64,000 nt of DNA from Albugo candida (Eukaryota). Position numbers and translations under genes: made by a program. Positions 14,497 through 27,229 of this stretch are shown piece after piece. Position 1 is the first letter of the stretch; each line of letters starts with the position of its first letter. The DNA lies in NCBI GenBank assembly GCA_040437565.1, contig JBDOQK010000057.1:124001-188000 (forward strand), given 5' to 3'. Below the pieces are notes generated by a model. The model saw nothing but the letters and a program-made list of their open reading frames with translations, searched no databases and had not been told where the DNA came from.

Positions 14497-17400
14497 TTAA
14501 ATCATATAAGTATTACTGTATGAGTTATTGTTTTTCACGATTTGTTGTAACTGAGTATCGCTGGGTTTTCAACGTCGTACAAAGCATCATCAAATATATA
14601 ACAACGCAGCAGTCTTAATTTGGCTCCTCGTATGGAGGATGTTACGAAAAAAAGCGTTCTACTATTGCTTTGATGCACGCTGTGATACATTTTTAATCGT
14701 GCCAATCTGCTTCAAATCATTCTTATGTTGACAGCGTTTTTTCAGAGCGCTCTCTATTAACTTTATTTTCACTACATTTTGGCGTTACTGCTGGTACAAG
14801 AATATATTACGTGTCAGATATACGTTATTGTGGCTCGCTTATTGCAACATTTTATTGCACTTGCATCAATACCTGTAAAATATAGACATAGTCCATGCCA
14901 CTTTACTGTGGTCGTGTGCATTCTTCAGTATTAGGTGATTTCTTTCATTAGTGTTTACTTTTTTGTTAACAAACGAATCCTTATTCAAAAACACAGTAAA
15001 TGATTGACTGGCTTGACTCTCTCTCTTTATTCTGCAGTATACGAATATGCATTTTTCAATCTTTAGGAACACGTCGGCGTACTCGTTACTGTAAAAATAG
15101 CTTTGATTGAATTTCTCAAAGATTTTGCATCCTTGAATTGTCGTATACATCCATTTGAGCACCTAAAATATCGGTCAATGGTATTCGCTGGCTTGAAACC
15201 ACGCGGAAAACGATCTAAAAATCATCAGTCTGATAACCAAAAATTAAGAACGTTCTTTTTATTGTAAAAGTAAATCTAGGCCTTTATACTTTTCAACCTT
15301 TGTTATCAGTGCGACGTCACATGAATAACCGAACCATTAGAGTCTCATGTACTGTACGTATAGTAGATGATAAGAAAATGATGCATTCATCTGTATAGCA
15401 CTTTTCAGTACCAGTGTCATTTCTTACCACTGTTTAGTGTCACACCAGAAATCCATCAAATTCATATAGAAGTTGGTGAAAGCGTATAATAAACAACGAC
15501 TAATAATAATAACAATGTGTGAATGTTCCTCTAGAAGTTAATCATTTTCGATCCACACGTTTTCTTTGTCGTAGATAATCTTGTTGTTGTCATCGTCCTT
15601 CGTAGATTATTGTCAACTCACTTTCAATTATTCTCGAGCAAGTATATTCAAAAACAATACTCTCTCGACTTGATGGTTGTGACAATTGTGTCTCAAGGTT
15701 TCGTTCGTTTCTTACAAATGTTTCACTAAAAGTTGCCCTGTGCATGTAGTTCACCCCGCATTGTTATGGTCTCGAAATTATCGGACATGTTGGCATGCAG
15801 AGCATCCATCTACATCAATGTGTTCCATTTATCTTACTATTGTCCGTAAACAAGCAAATATTTGGAGGTCTAGACAAACAAGAAACTGGTTCTTTTCAGT
15901 CGTAGATGTGAGCGATACTAGGAGCTGCGTACCTCAAGCTGGTACCCAAAAAGCGTGGAATTGGCCAACAATTCCATGTCTGCGCAACTGAAAGACAATT
16001 CCAGAACGCTTACTTATAAGTTCTACAGCGGGACAACAAAAACAAAACGCAATTTTCCATCAGAAGTTTTGCGCTGCTTCAAAAATACTCCTCTCATCTC
16101 AGATAAATGATGTGGTAAAAATAGGTCAGATCACTGACCTAGCGTCATCCATGCTTCAAAACTTAATGCAACCATCTTATCAAAGCGCGAGTGGTACAGG
16201 ATTTTGGACTGGGAGATACAGATCAAACCCATCGTGCTACATAAAAGACTGGAACCTTTCAGATTGTTGTGCTTGAGTCAGTCTTCCGTTAGACCTGAAA
16301 TTTACCTTTGCAACTTGGTGCCTTCTTTCTGATCAACGATATATGATTTCATTGTGTATGAAGGTAAACCCATCACGAAGGCATACTACTGTATGCCTTG
16401 TTCCCTTTCCCTCAGACATTTCTCTTACAAATGGTCCCTTAGTACGACCGATAGTCTGAACGAAACACTGCCCATGTTATCCATAACTTTTCCGCGGCGG
16501 CATTGGCATTGTCTTTATCAGACTTAGATATCTGTAACTTCACATTAGAGAGGTCTTTCTATCATACTCCATAGAGTGGAAATCCTCAATATCGGAGTTC
16601 ACTCTTCCTCTTTGTCTCCCGGTACGATGAGTCATATAAAGCAGGTCTCGTTATCGAAGATGATTATGTTCAAATAACCTTGATGTTCGATTCGTGCACG
16701 TCCACGACCTGTACGGATGCATGCTCGTGTACAGAGCGCTTATTGATTCTCTTTAGCATGCAAGGACTCTCTTGTAGACAAGAATTATTAGATAACGATC
16801 TTGTGGCCCGTTTCAACAATATCGCTGATGACCCTTGATCTCCTCGTTTAGACTACTAATGCCATAAGGCTTACTGCAACGGAAATATGGAAGTTCGCGA
16901 GTGAAAGAGTCGATACACAGAACCGTACTGATATGCACAATGAGCTTCGAGGGTGGGGAGAGCCCATGTAGTTATTCAAATGGTTTATAGATGCTAATTT
17001 GCTTCGACTGGGATCTCAAACTTCATAAAACTCACCAATAGAACGAGAAGGATCTTGGAATTTGCTTGTGTTCATGAATGACTAATGTGAAATGGCACTT
17101 ACTGTACAGTTGTTTTCCGTGCAGCAACACTGAACGGGAGACCAAAGTTTTGTTAGGGTGAAGTCTATTTTTGAATGTTTTGCGGTACTAACTTACGAAA
17201 AATAGAGGATATAGCAAATTAGCTTGATAAGCGGTCATTTTTCTTCAAACCACAGCTTCCAACAATTTTGTTTTCAGATAACGGACTTTTTTTTTCGGGT
17301 TTACTATTACGAGAAAGTATAAGTCTTCTGACCGAGTAGCAATAAAGTCATCAAGTTCAATTGTCGCATCTTTTTGGCAGCTTTCAATAAATGTCAAGAA

Positions 17401-19916
17401 ATGGTGACTCTGGGACGGGCTTTTCTATAAAACGGAGAGACCAATTATTCGAGCGATTTCGCTTTGTCCTATCAGAAAGCTAATTATGCATCAATAATAA
17501 AATAGAGAGATCGAAAAGCCATGCTACTGTGATATCAAATTTTTTGATTTGTTGGAGGAATCTTTTGGAAGGAAAATTTAGTGCTGCTTGTGTGCTTCGC
17601 TAGACGTTTTCTTTTATAGTTTCGACCAAGGATTGAGAAGACTTCTAAGGGTATTCAGTGTCCCTAGAATTAGATCTGTCGCGATTGACTACGCGATTAC
17701 CAAGATTTACTAGATGAGCTTACCGCATAGATCGATCGAGAGCTTCTTGATTTATGGAGAAATAAGATGCATACTCGGCTTAGCCTAAGGATCATTCTTT
17801 TATTCGTATACAAAACCTCTTCTGCTTTTACAGAATTACTAACACAATATTTCCAAAAAATGATTTACATATCATAGGCTCTTGCGCTGTGCATTAAACT
17901 GAGTGAGTGACTCCCATATAATTTGCGCAAAAAGCAGAACTGATGAAAGTGAGTCTTGCCGCTGCAAAATTAATTAAAACAATGTGATTGCTCGAATATT
18001 TGAAAGTGCGCTACGGCGAACTCATGAAGAGTAGCTTGTTATGTACACGATTGTCTTCCGAGTTAAGGACCGCCTTCGATCTTCCTCCCCATTTTGGTAT
18101 TCTGAAGTCTCAATATGTCTCATCGTGTTGAGACACTCCTAACGAATATGACTTCGCATGTATTCATGGTCACGCCATGTGAGAATGAGAGGACTATCAG
18201 ACATGTGGTGTCTGATACGATTATTTCCGCCTGATGAATGCATGAATTTGTGGCACACTATTTGACTAGACGAGATGACCCGAACAAAATTCTGTGTCAG
18301 TGCCATGCAAGCCTTCAGCATTTTTTTGTTGAAGTGTTAGAGTGGATGGCGTCTTTATAAGATCCAAAGGTAACTTCTATTAATGCTCGGCATTCATCAA
18401 TTTGGTCAGACACTTGATTCCTCCCTCTCGGTGAGTTTCGAGTAAAGACATGCAATTGGACACTCCAGTGCACGCGGCCATAGATGAGGCGAACTCTTCA
18501 ATAAATCGATGACGAAGCTGGGCCTGTACTCGAAGAGTGTATGATATATATCCGTGTTAATCCAGTATCAGCTTTTATCAGTGACTCCGTTCGTTCAACT
18601 AGTTATTCCATGCTTTTGAAACAACCCCAATTCAGTAAGTCTTTGAATACGTTTTTACGGTAACCCATCCAAAATATCGCAAAGACTGAATGAAGTGCAA
18701 TTATGAAATCATGAAATTTATTTACTTGGAAAATTCCCTCGTGATGACTTGTAGTTATCGTAACAATTCTTATAAATTTTTAAGATTGTTATTACGTCGT
18801 TAGGCAATTTCCTTTTTTGCTTGAGGATCATATAAAGGAGTAGAGTCCCATTCTGATCGATTGACTGGACTTGAGCTCGTATACTGTGCATTTTTTATTG
18901 AGTGAGGGCCGCGATCACGTAGGCTTTTTGCCTCCTCTTGTCCCTTAATCGAATGAGAAAAATTGCACATGCTAAAAGCGTATCCATACAATGGGCTTTT
19001 TTAGAGACTCTTCATCGATGAGCATCCCACTTTGATCGATCTTGATGTACCGATCCAATTCCACTAACGCGAGTTCGTCTCGGTGAGACTGAAGGTACAA
19101 TTGAGCTCCAAAGTATGCGATTTGAGCCTGATACAGCATCCGCTGGACGACGCTCTTCGCCAGCGACAGCTGACACAGAGCCATTGTAATGTCTCGCAGA
19201 AAAGCTCTTTGGTCATATAAAGCGATCGGTCAGTTACCCGATGAGTTCGGAGAGGAAATCGGGACCCTAACGAGCTGTTTTATTCTGTGAATAAGATCTC
19301 TGCTTTCTCGTAAGCCTCAACGTTGCATGATACTCCGTCAGGAAACCATACAATAGCGCTCCATCTCCCAGAAACGATTATGTAGAGTTATTTCCATGAT
19401 CCATTTGTTCAAATCTTCAATGGCTCGTCGGTACTTACTCGTGAGAGTAAAGCATTCAGAACGGCGATAGAATTCTTTCATTCTCCCTTCATTCCCCCCC
19501 TTCCTTTTCTCTTCACCGTATTTTGCTTTGGTGAACGTGGAAATGGCCGTGTCAAATATCTTTTGTTACATGAGCTCTTAGGGCTTTTTAAGATAACCAC
19601 TTTGATAGTGACTCGATCCGGAATGCTTTTCGTTTGTTTAAGTGTTCCTGCGATCACACATAGGCAACGAATGACTGCTACGGGGTGTTGTCTTAGCGTT
19701 GGATGCATCTGTAAGCATACCGTCGTTTTGAACGAAACATTGGAAGAAGAAAGTGGTGGTGGGATGGATGAGGATCAGTAAATGTAGCGTAATGAATGAT
19801 TGAGCTTGTGGGTGTCTCGCTCATTGAACAAAAAGCTGTGCGCTTTTCAGGCATCGCATTTTCCGATATTTGCCGCTTCTGTATCGGCTATTGTACCTTC
19901 ATTACACTAGCGTGCG

Positions 19917-20027
19917 TGTTGGACCCGATGTTAAACTTGGGTAAGTATAAGGAAGCTAAGGGAGCGCGCTGAAGTTCACGGTCAATTTACAAAATCCATT
20001 CGTCTCCGACAAATAATATTTCCAACA
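19917..20027. repeat. Possible solo or partial LTR
   Basis: A 111-bp segment bounded by perfect inverted termini TGTTGGA...TCCAACA. No matching target-site duplication was seen. Confidence 0.3.
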
Positions 20028-22599
20028 ATAAAAACGAGGTACTAATCAATCATCCCTCCTGGTCCTACATTTTGATTTGCTGCTCGTTTTTTCACCGCAA
20101 GTTGTTCGAAATAAAGGAGGCGCTACTGAACAGATTCGGAGGTGCATCACATTCAGAGTTCCAGACTCACCGCTAAATTCGATTAAGCAATCTCAAAGAA
20201 CAATGTCCAACACATCCGCATCAACCCTTCCACCTCCTACCATTACTAGCATCGATTTCAGCTCATAAAGTTCGTCAAAGTTATCATCCGTATCCATTGG
20301 TGAAGAAATAACCACGAGATTAAGAGCCCACAGGGTAGTTTACATACTCTAATTCTCACGAAATCAATGCACATGTACAGATCAGAGATCCAACCGAGCC
20401 GTTATGGACCTTTAACGTAGATACCGAGTCTTACGCTCGATTACTAACTATAAGCTCTGACACCATGAGGAAACACATTGCGAGTACTTCGAACAAAATA
20501 TTAACGAGCCATCCAAGACGCAAATAGCGACGATGACGGAATTGTAGAGACAGCTGTTTCGGTACAAATACATATTTTTTTCTTGCCATTTCGCTGTTTG
20601 CCTCTGTTGTAAAAATGCAGCTCAATTAATCGCAAGCTTCACTGTAATTATCCCGGATGTACCAAACCCAATGGCTCCAAGGACTCCCTGACTCAACATC
20701 AGCGGCCGAAGCATGTACAGCCTAAGCGCGACTCTCTTCATTGTAAAAGTCAGGCAAGATACATCTGACCTCTTTTTCTTGCATGTAAAGCGTTGACGGC
20801 TCCCTACGGATAGATTCTAGAATCTATGCAAATCTACATATTGGTACCAAGAGCTCATTAGTTTCGACAGCAGTATATACCAATATTCAGGGCCATCAAA
20901 ATGTGAACATTCGTCCGTCAATCAAAGATGGTATGATTGAACATTGCTATGAATCTTACATAAAATAAAAGACGACAATATCAATACATGCTGCAATTCC
21001 AAGTCGGAAAAGAGCAGTCACATCCAGATTGCAATTCCACAAAAAACTGACCAGCATGGCATACCTTCAAAGCCAATATGCGCCTGATATCGAATTGGTT
21101 ACCCTTGAGATTATCAAATGCGATCTATTTGAATGCACTGAGTCCTTCTTGGAAGATTGTAGAACATCAGGATCAGCAGAAGATAGTGCAGCATGATCTG
21201 TAGCAATATCCATTTGGATAAATGCTCAATTTCACTCGGAATGTTTTGTGTATCAGCGATATGCAGATTATCTGAGCATGAAAGCCGTATATCAATCAAA
21301 TATGCCAAAGTCAACTGGATGATTTGAGAATGGTTCTCATATCACTCAATTGAACCATGGCAATTAGAAGCTACACCACATTGACATCATCGAAAATGCA
21401 CTTGATAATGCAATCCTTCCAACCCTTGTCGATGACATCTTCCATCTTCCAACCAGATAGTCATTAGTCTCTTTCTTCGTTTTATTGTTTAAGCTCAAGT
21501 GTCACGATTGATTGTCGTGCATGACAGATACCGAAAGGATCTCGTGAGATTGCTGGTACTCGCTTGCGCTATGATTTTTATCGCCCTTTGTAGTAATTTT
21601 TTCATTATAGGACTGAAGATGGCCAAAGTAACAAACTCTGATAATCATGAAATCATGATCGACGTCAGTGAATTTGAAGATTTACTAGTTCTAGCATTTC
21701 ATTTGAGAAACCTCACTATTGAGCTCAATAAGGTTGAATCAGAATGAGTTTCTACAAGATCAGAATGGATCTGAAGAATATGGCAATGACAGCAGAGTCA
21801 ACCTATGATTTTGATCTGCACTAAATTTGACTGATTTCAAATGGTAAACATTCTTTCCGTCCTACCTGGGTGGTACCTTCATCTTCACCTTTTCATGTGC
21901 TGTAATAATATATGATATTATCACAGAACTTGGGGGACATGAAGGACGAATACTTAACTGAGGAAACATTCTTGCTTGCTAAAAGTAAAGAGCTCAATAA
22001 TCGCAAGCAATAAATCACTCTAGCGATATCCCCTAAATGTTCCTTCTATTCAAGAGCTTAAAGTTCACTCTTCCTGATCACTTACCAGGTAGTTAAAGTA
22101 GATATTATGTTCGCCCTTATATACTTCATCGGGCCGATTATAAACATGAGACACTATAACGTCCTCCGTATGTGAGATGAGTTTCATCCAGATCTTCAAG
22201 AATAGTAGAAAACATTTCAATCAAAGAAATGAGTAAACAAGCAATAAGCGGAATAGGCGATATCTAGCTGTCATGATAATACTAGCACAGAATACACTTT
22301 GTGATGATTCGACTACATCCACTCAAGTTGAATCGCGATCAATTTACGAGAGGATCGTAATCCGCAGCTTTTATCCCCACCAGAAAAGTGGTATGTGGTG
22401 CACATTGTCTGGACGATTGGAGTATGCGATATCCAGGTCACATAGTGGCTTGGTAGTAGAATCACGGATGGTCCTGTTATCTATACTAGTTTCTTGTCCT
22501 AAAGAACTGTGATCACATGAAATAATGAGCATCCACGCGTATGCGTAATTTCTTCTCATAGAACGGCTTATGGGAAGCAACCGTATTGTGTCTTTTCAT

Positions 22600-23420
22600 C
22601 CGTGATTCAATTAAGACAAATCTTGAGTAGAACGTTGATGAAAATTTCTTGAGCCTCGCGAAGCCTCATACTGAGAGCATGTAGTGTCACTCCCGATAGA
22701 TTTCTCCTTAGGTTCATATTATTATGCCTGACGTATCTAGCAATCAAGCTTCACGTACCTTTTTATAATCGCTCGCTTGAGATGGTCGTTGGAATGTGCT
22801 CTGAGTTTATTTTCGCTTGAGCCTCCAGAATACGAACAGTGCTTGTGTTGCGAAGCTTGTAGCCGGTGTTTTATCATCATAATGCTTCGATGGCAAATTG
22901 CAACGGTGAGGCATTCATACAATAAAATGAGTGCAAATATTCGCAATTACATGGGAAAAATCATCTTGAGCACTCTTAAGAACTTACTCATCGTCTTTCT
23001 AACACGACAGCCGCATTAGTTACAAACAGTCTGTCCATGAATTCTTTGGTATTATAAATTAACATTACAATGGAGCATGCACCACGCACCGTCCATATCT
23101 TTGTTTCGTTGAACGGTGATATTTTGTCCATTCGGCGGCCAGAAGTAGTAAGGGACTGCAAACAATTCAGATTCGGTTCGCTTTCAAATCGGTCGTTACT
23201 AATTGATAATGTATCTTTGCATGTACGAAAGTCACGAGAGAAAATGACAGAAACGTTTTCCAAATTCACTAAAGAAGCGAATGGCTACTTCATCATCTAT
23301 TTCTCATAGTGACTCTTGCAGCACCCAGGATGTTTTTGATCACAGTTGAGGGTCCACCGTAAGCAATGGGTGCCCGAAAAAGACAATTTCACCAGCGGTA
23401 ATGGTTAGTTCTGCTGGCGC
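22600..23420 (+). mobile_element. Possible pogo/Tc1-like DDE transposase relic
   Basis: RSLLIDNVSLH (ORF 23070-23309; cf. LL.lDN...H), followed by YFIIYFS*..CSTQDVFD (cf. .lPP..T...QPlD). The rest is unreadable. Confidence 0.35.
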
Positions 23421-24571
23421 TCGAAGAGATCTTTATTGGAGATATGTAGAGCGCTAATGATGCGGTAGACTAGAATAGATGGCATTTGATTTGATCCTAC
23501 AAACCCTAAATAGGAACTGCGTATGGATACTTTTTTGTAAGCGTGGCTCAAAATTATGAAACCAAATGTATCTGTCCGTAAGGTCGAGACCATTATCAAA
23601 AATAACTTCCAGAATTGTGAACGATAACACTGATTATATCTCACCTGACCCTATTTGATGCATCGCATCCGCATCCATTGCTGGCTTCCTGAAAAACAAG
23701 AGCATGAAAGCATCTCACAATTCAAAGATATAAATCACTGAATGATCACTGTACTGACCCCAAACGAAGTAATAATGAGTCATCACTTCGTGCTAGATGC
23801 AATGAGAATAGAAGAAGAAGAGTGCAATTAGACGGGATTTGCAATAACTACATTAAGCGACCTTCTCTGAGTTTCTCGCGTTGATAAGAAGTCATCCCAT
23901 CTTGACTATTCCAACCCAATAGAGCGATCAGCTGAAATGTATGAGATCCTGGAATATCTCAAATCGAATATTTTTCATCGCTGGGAATGTTCAGATATGA
24001 CTAGTATCGACAAAAATCAGCAGTCGCACTTCATATGTGGCCACACGATACGATTTTTCCGTTAGCTTCATCTGGTCAATCCAGACTCCCGGCTCAAGGG
24101 ATGATTATTTACGTATGCCCATTTTATTATGGTTATGATCACGTTGATCGCATTGCTCGATGGACATATCGCGAATTCGAGAAGTACCGACAATAACCAT
24201 CAATAAAGTACATACGTTCGGTCAGGAACAAGAACAGTCTGAAGCGCAGACAATACTGTATGGTAATCGCGAGAACGTTCGTTTTTATCTCTTTTTCTGC
24301 TGTTAGTGCTTTCATCTTTTACATAATTGAATCTACCGAGAAAGTATCGATTTGGCCATCGAAACAAATCAATACTTTCGTTTTCGTCTGGTCGCTGAAT
24401 GTCTGTAATTTCCAGCTCTTTTATTGCTTAGCATGGCAGTTTTTCTCTGCACATCGAGCTTTGTCTTTGAATGACTTTTATGTAGTAGAACGCGTATATC
24501 GAAACTCGAAACCACACCATCAGAAAAGGACGCAAATTTATTTTCAAGAGATACATACGAGACGGCTCATC

Positions 24572-25760
24572 CTACGCCCAGCTCTCAGTAGTATCATCCT
24601 TCAAGTTGATATTGAGCTCTTTGGAATCTTGAAGCATGTCTTTGTCTCCTCGGCCACTGATACTGAAAAAAATGACTTTCGTTTCGTCCAATTGTGATTT
24701 CAGTTCCATGCGAAATGAAACCGTAGAAGCTGTCTCGAGCGCAGGTATAATACCTTCCATTTGGACAAGTAGCTGGGGAACGCCCCTGAAATGTTTTTGT
24801 CTTGACACTCATATATCTGGGTCGTTGAAACTCTTTCAAATGAGCATGCTCTGGGCCAACACCTGCATAACCGAGGCCAGCAGATACCCTGTGCGAGGGT
24901 AAAACTTGACCGGTAGGATCCTGGATGATATACGGGTTCGTGCCGTGTAATACTCCCATTGTGCCGCATGTAATCGTAGATGAATGACGCCCGGTATCTA
25001 TCCCCTCTTCCCTTTCCTCCACGGCATACATCTCAACTCTAGTATCGTTCATAAACGGATGGATCATTCCAATCGCGTTGCTACCACCACCAACACACGA
25101 TACGATAGCATGCTGGGGACGTCCAATTTCATCGAAAAGCTACAAATGATCTCAGTAAACAACATTAGCTTCATCTTGAGACAAAGAATTAATCTGAGCC
25201 TTCACTACACGTCCAATGACCGCTTGAATATCTCGCACAATAGTTGGGAATGGATTGGGTTCGTTAGCCGATCCAATGATGTAATGTGTTGTCTCGACGT
25301 TAGTTATTTTACCCGGTCTCAGATAGCCTCATTGATTGCATCTTTGAGTGTCAGTGATCCTGATGGAATAGGAACGACTTTGGCACCGAGCATTCTCAAG
25401 CGAAACACATCATGGGATTGCCTGTATGCATTCACAGTCACACTCTGTGTAGCCGAAAAGAAACTCAAAAGAACCGACCGGAGTGCCACGGTATGCCATA
25501 AAGACCGTTTAATGTAAGCCCAAGAGAGCACAAGCGGTTGAACTATTAACTCCGTGTTGTACTGCACCGGTTTCAGCAAAACCACGATGCTTTTCAAGTG
25601 TCTTTGCGAGAACGGCATTGCCAATAGCATTATAGATTTTATGCGCTCCTGTGTGCACTAAAGCCTCACGTTTTAGCCATATCTATGCACCATTACATTG
25701 CTTTGTGTCCGCAACGAATAAATGTGTGGGACGACCAATGTAAGCATTTCGAGTGCTTTA
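24572..25760 (-). pseudogene. trpB: Tryptophan synthase beta-chain pseudogene with intron remnants
   Basis: Motifs: [27 protein letters not shown] (PLP lysine motif), [89 protein letters not shown]. In-frame stops and frameshifts are present. A GT..AG intron candidate lies at 25478-25422, and a second degenerate intron at ~25190-25140. Confidence 0.96.
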
Positions 25761-25784
25761 CTGATACGCGTACCGTGTTTCGCA

Positions 25785-26748
25785 TTACACAATATTAGTG
25801 TATGAACGTCCTTTTGGTTGATGAAACCCTACATCAAGACGTAGCATATTGCTTCTGTTTAGGATACAAGTTTTCAAGGTCAAGACAATGTAAATACTTG
25901 AAGAGAAGGAAATCTTATCAGGAGCATCGTGCCCTGCGATTTCTTTTGTCAGGTCAATGCTAACTATCTTCACGGTGCTTTTCGCTTTAGCGTCTGAGCT
26001 ACTAGCAACATTTGAAAAAACTTCTGACAGCCAATTTTTGCTTTTGCCGATTCTTTCAAAATACAGCTTTAATTTCCCATCTTCTTTTACAAAACTGATA
26101 CAAACGTCGTTTGGTATATCGTTTCCAATAGTGAGTAGCCAGTATTTTTTATTCATCGGCAAATTTCGTGAGTTCTGGTACTTTTATGTTTAAATGTTCG
26201 TCCTGCCTGATGAAGACGTCAAGTTCGCGTTTTATTGAATCGGAAATTCGGATAATAGAAGTCATATAAAGAGCTGTTTTTTCTTCCAATTTAAAAGCGA
26301 TATTTTTGCCTTGACTGGGATCGAGGTTGTTGATCGACAATCTTGTTGTCGTAACTATCCAGGTATCATCAACGACGTCGTCTGCGATCAACGCAGTACC
26401 GGGTTTTAATTGACCGTTGCTTAGTATGAGCTTAGCACCTTGAAAATCGTATCGAAACCTTTTACACTGTTTACCTGCCCCGTTCGGGCTGAGGTCAAAT
26501 TTGGACCCATTCGAGGCAGGCTTCTTCTCTTCATCTTGTAATGGGCGGTCACAATCGTATATGGTAAAATATTTTTTATCAAGGGAGAATTGATACCCAT
26601 ACTCGATTTTTTTTTCGGGTGGAGATTGTAGTTGAAATCGACGGAAACCTTCCGTCTTTATCTTAATAAAACAAACATCTCTTCCGCTACTTGCATGAAT
26701 CATCACTTCTACCAGCACCAAAAGTAAATGACGTCATGGTGTACACAT
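25785..26748 (-). pseudogene. Secreted-protein pseudogene, paralog of the 49587-50267 gene
   Basis: ATG at 26748 gives MCTP*RHLLLVLVEVMIHASSG, with a TGA at codon 5 inside the signal peptide. The frame continues as ORF 26149-26721, then a frameshift near 26155 leads into ORF 25785-26162. Shares IYDC..L..KFDLSPNGAGKQCKRFRYDFQGAKLILS with VYSC..L..KHDLGPRGALGESCVNFQYEIHGNTVKLS, W.V...LSIN with W.I...VSIN, and ISFVKEDGK with VSFIKEGNK. Confidence 0.8.
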
Positions 26749-26775
26749 TTAGATTCGAAGACAAGTTGTTTCGAG

Positions 26776-26792
26776 GAAAATCTGAAAGTGTG
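26776..26792 (-). promoter_or_regulatory. Oomycete INR/FPR-like core promoter element
   Basis: Minus-strand CACACTTTCAGATTTTC(C) lies about 30-45 nt upstream of the ATG at 26748. It resembles the oomycete INR (YCAYTYY) plus FPR (MWTTTNC) consensus with one mismatch. Confidence 0.4.
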
Positions 26793-27229
26793 TAAAATTT
26801 AGAACGTATAACGATTGATTCCAGAAAGCCAGATTATATTCAGTGGCAACTCCGTAGTGTCGTCAGCGTCAAATACCAATCAAATATCATATTCCTTCCA
26901 CGTATGACTTCATCAACCTGATGTACTACAACCGCACGATCAAATGGCACATAAACGTTACACTAGTAAACTGACTGGAATACCTTGAGCCTGTTATCAA
27001 CCTCGTTTTCCTTTCAGCACAACAGCACAACAAGGTCAACGCTATTGCTGTGGTCTCTCTACGGAGAACACCGTCGAATGCTCAGAACAAAGGAAAGACG
27101 AAAATCACGATTGAAATGGATAACGTTTTTCTACCTCCTTAATGCTTTTGATGAGCTACTTTGTCAACTTTGAGAGTGGGCAGAATTCCTCTGCCATTTA
27201 GTCCCGCCGTCTGAAGATAAAGAGCGACT

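Noticed and set aside
24984-25517. 177-aa plus-strand ORF, and also 24636-24902
   Set aside because: Antisense shadows of the trpB pseudogene.
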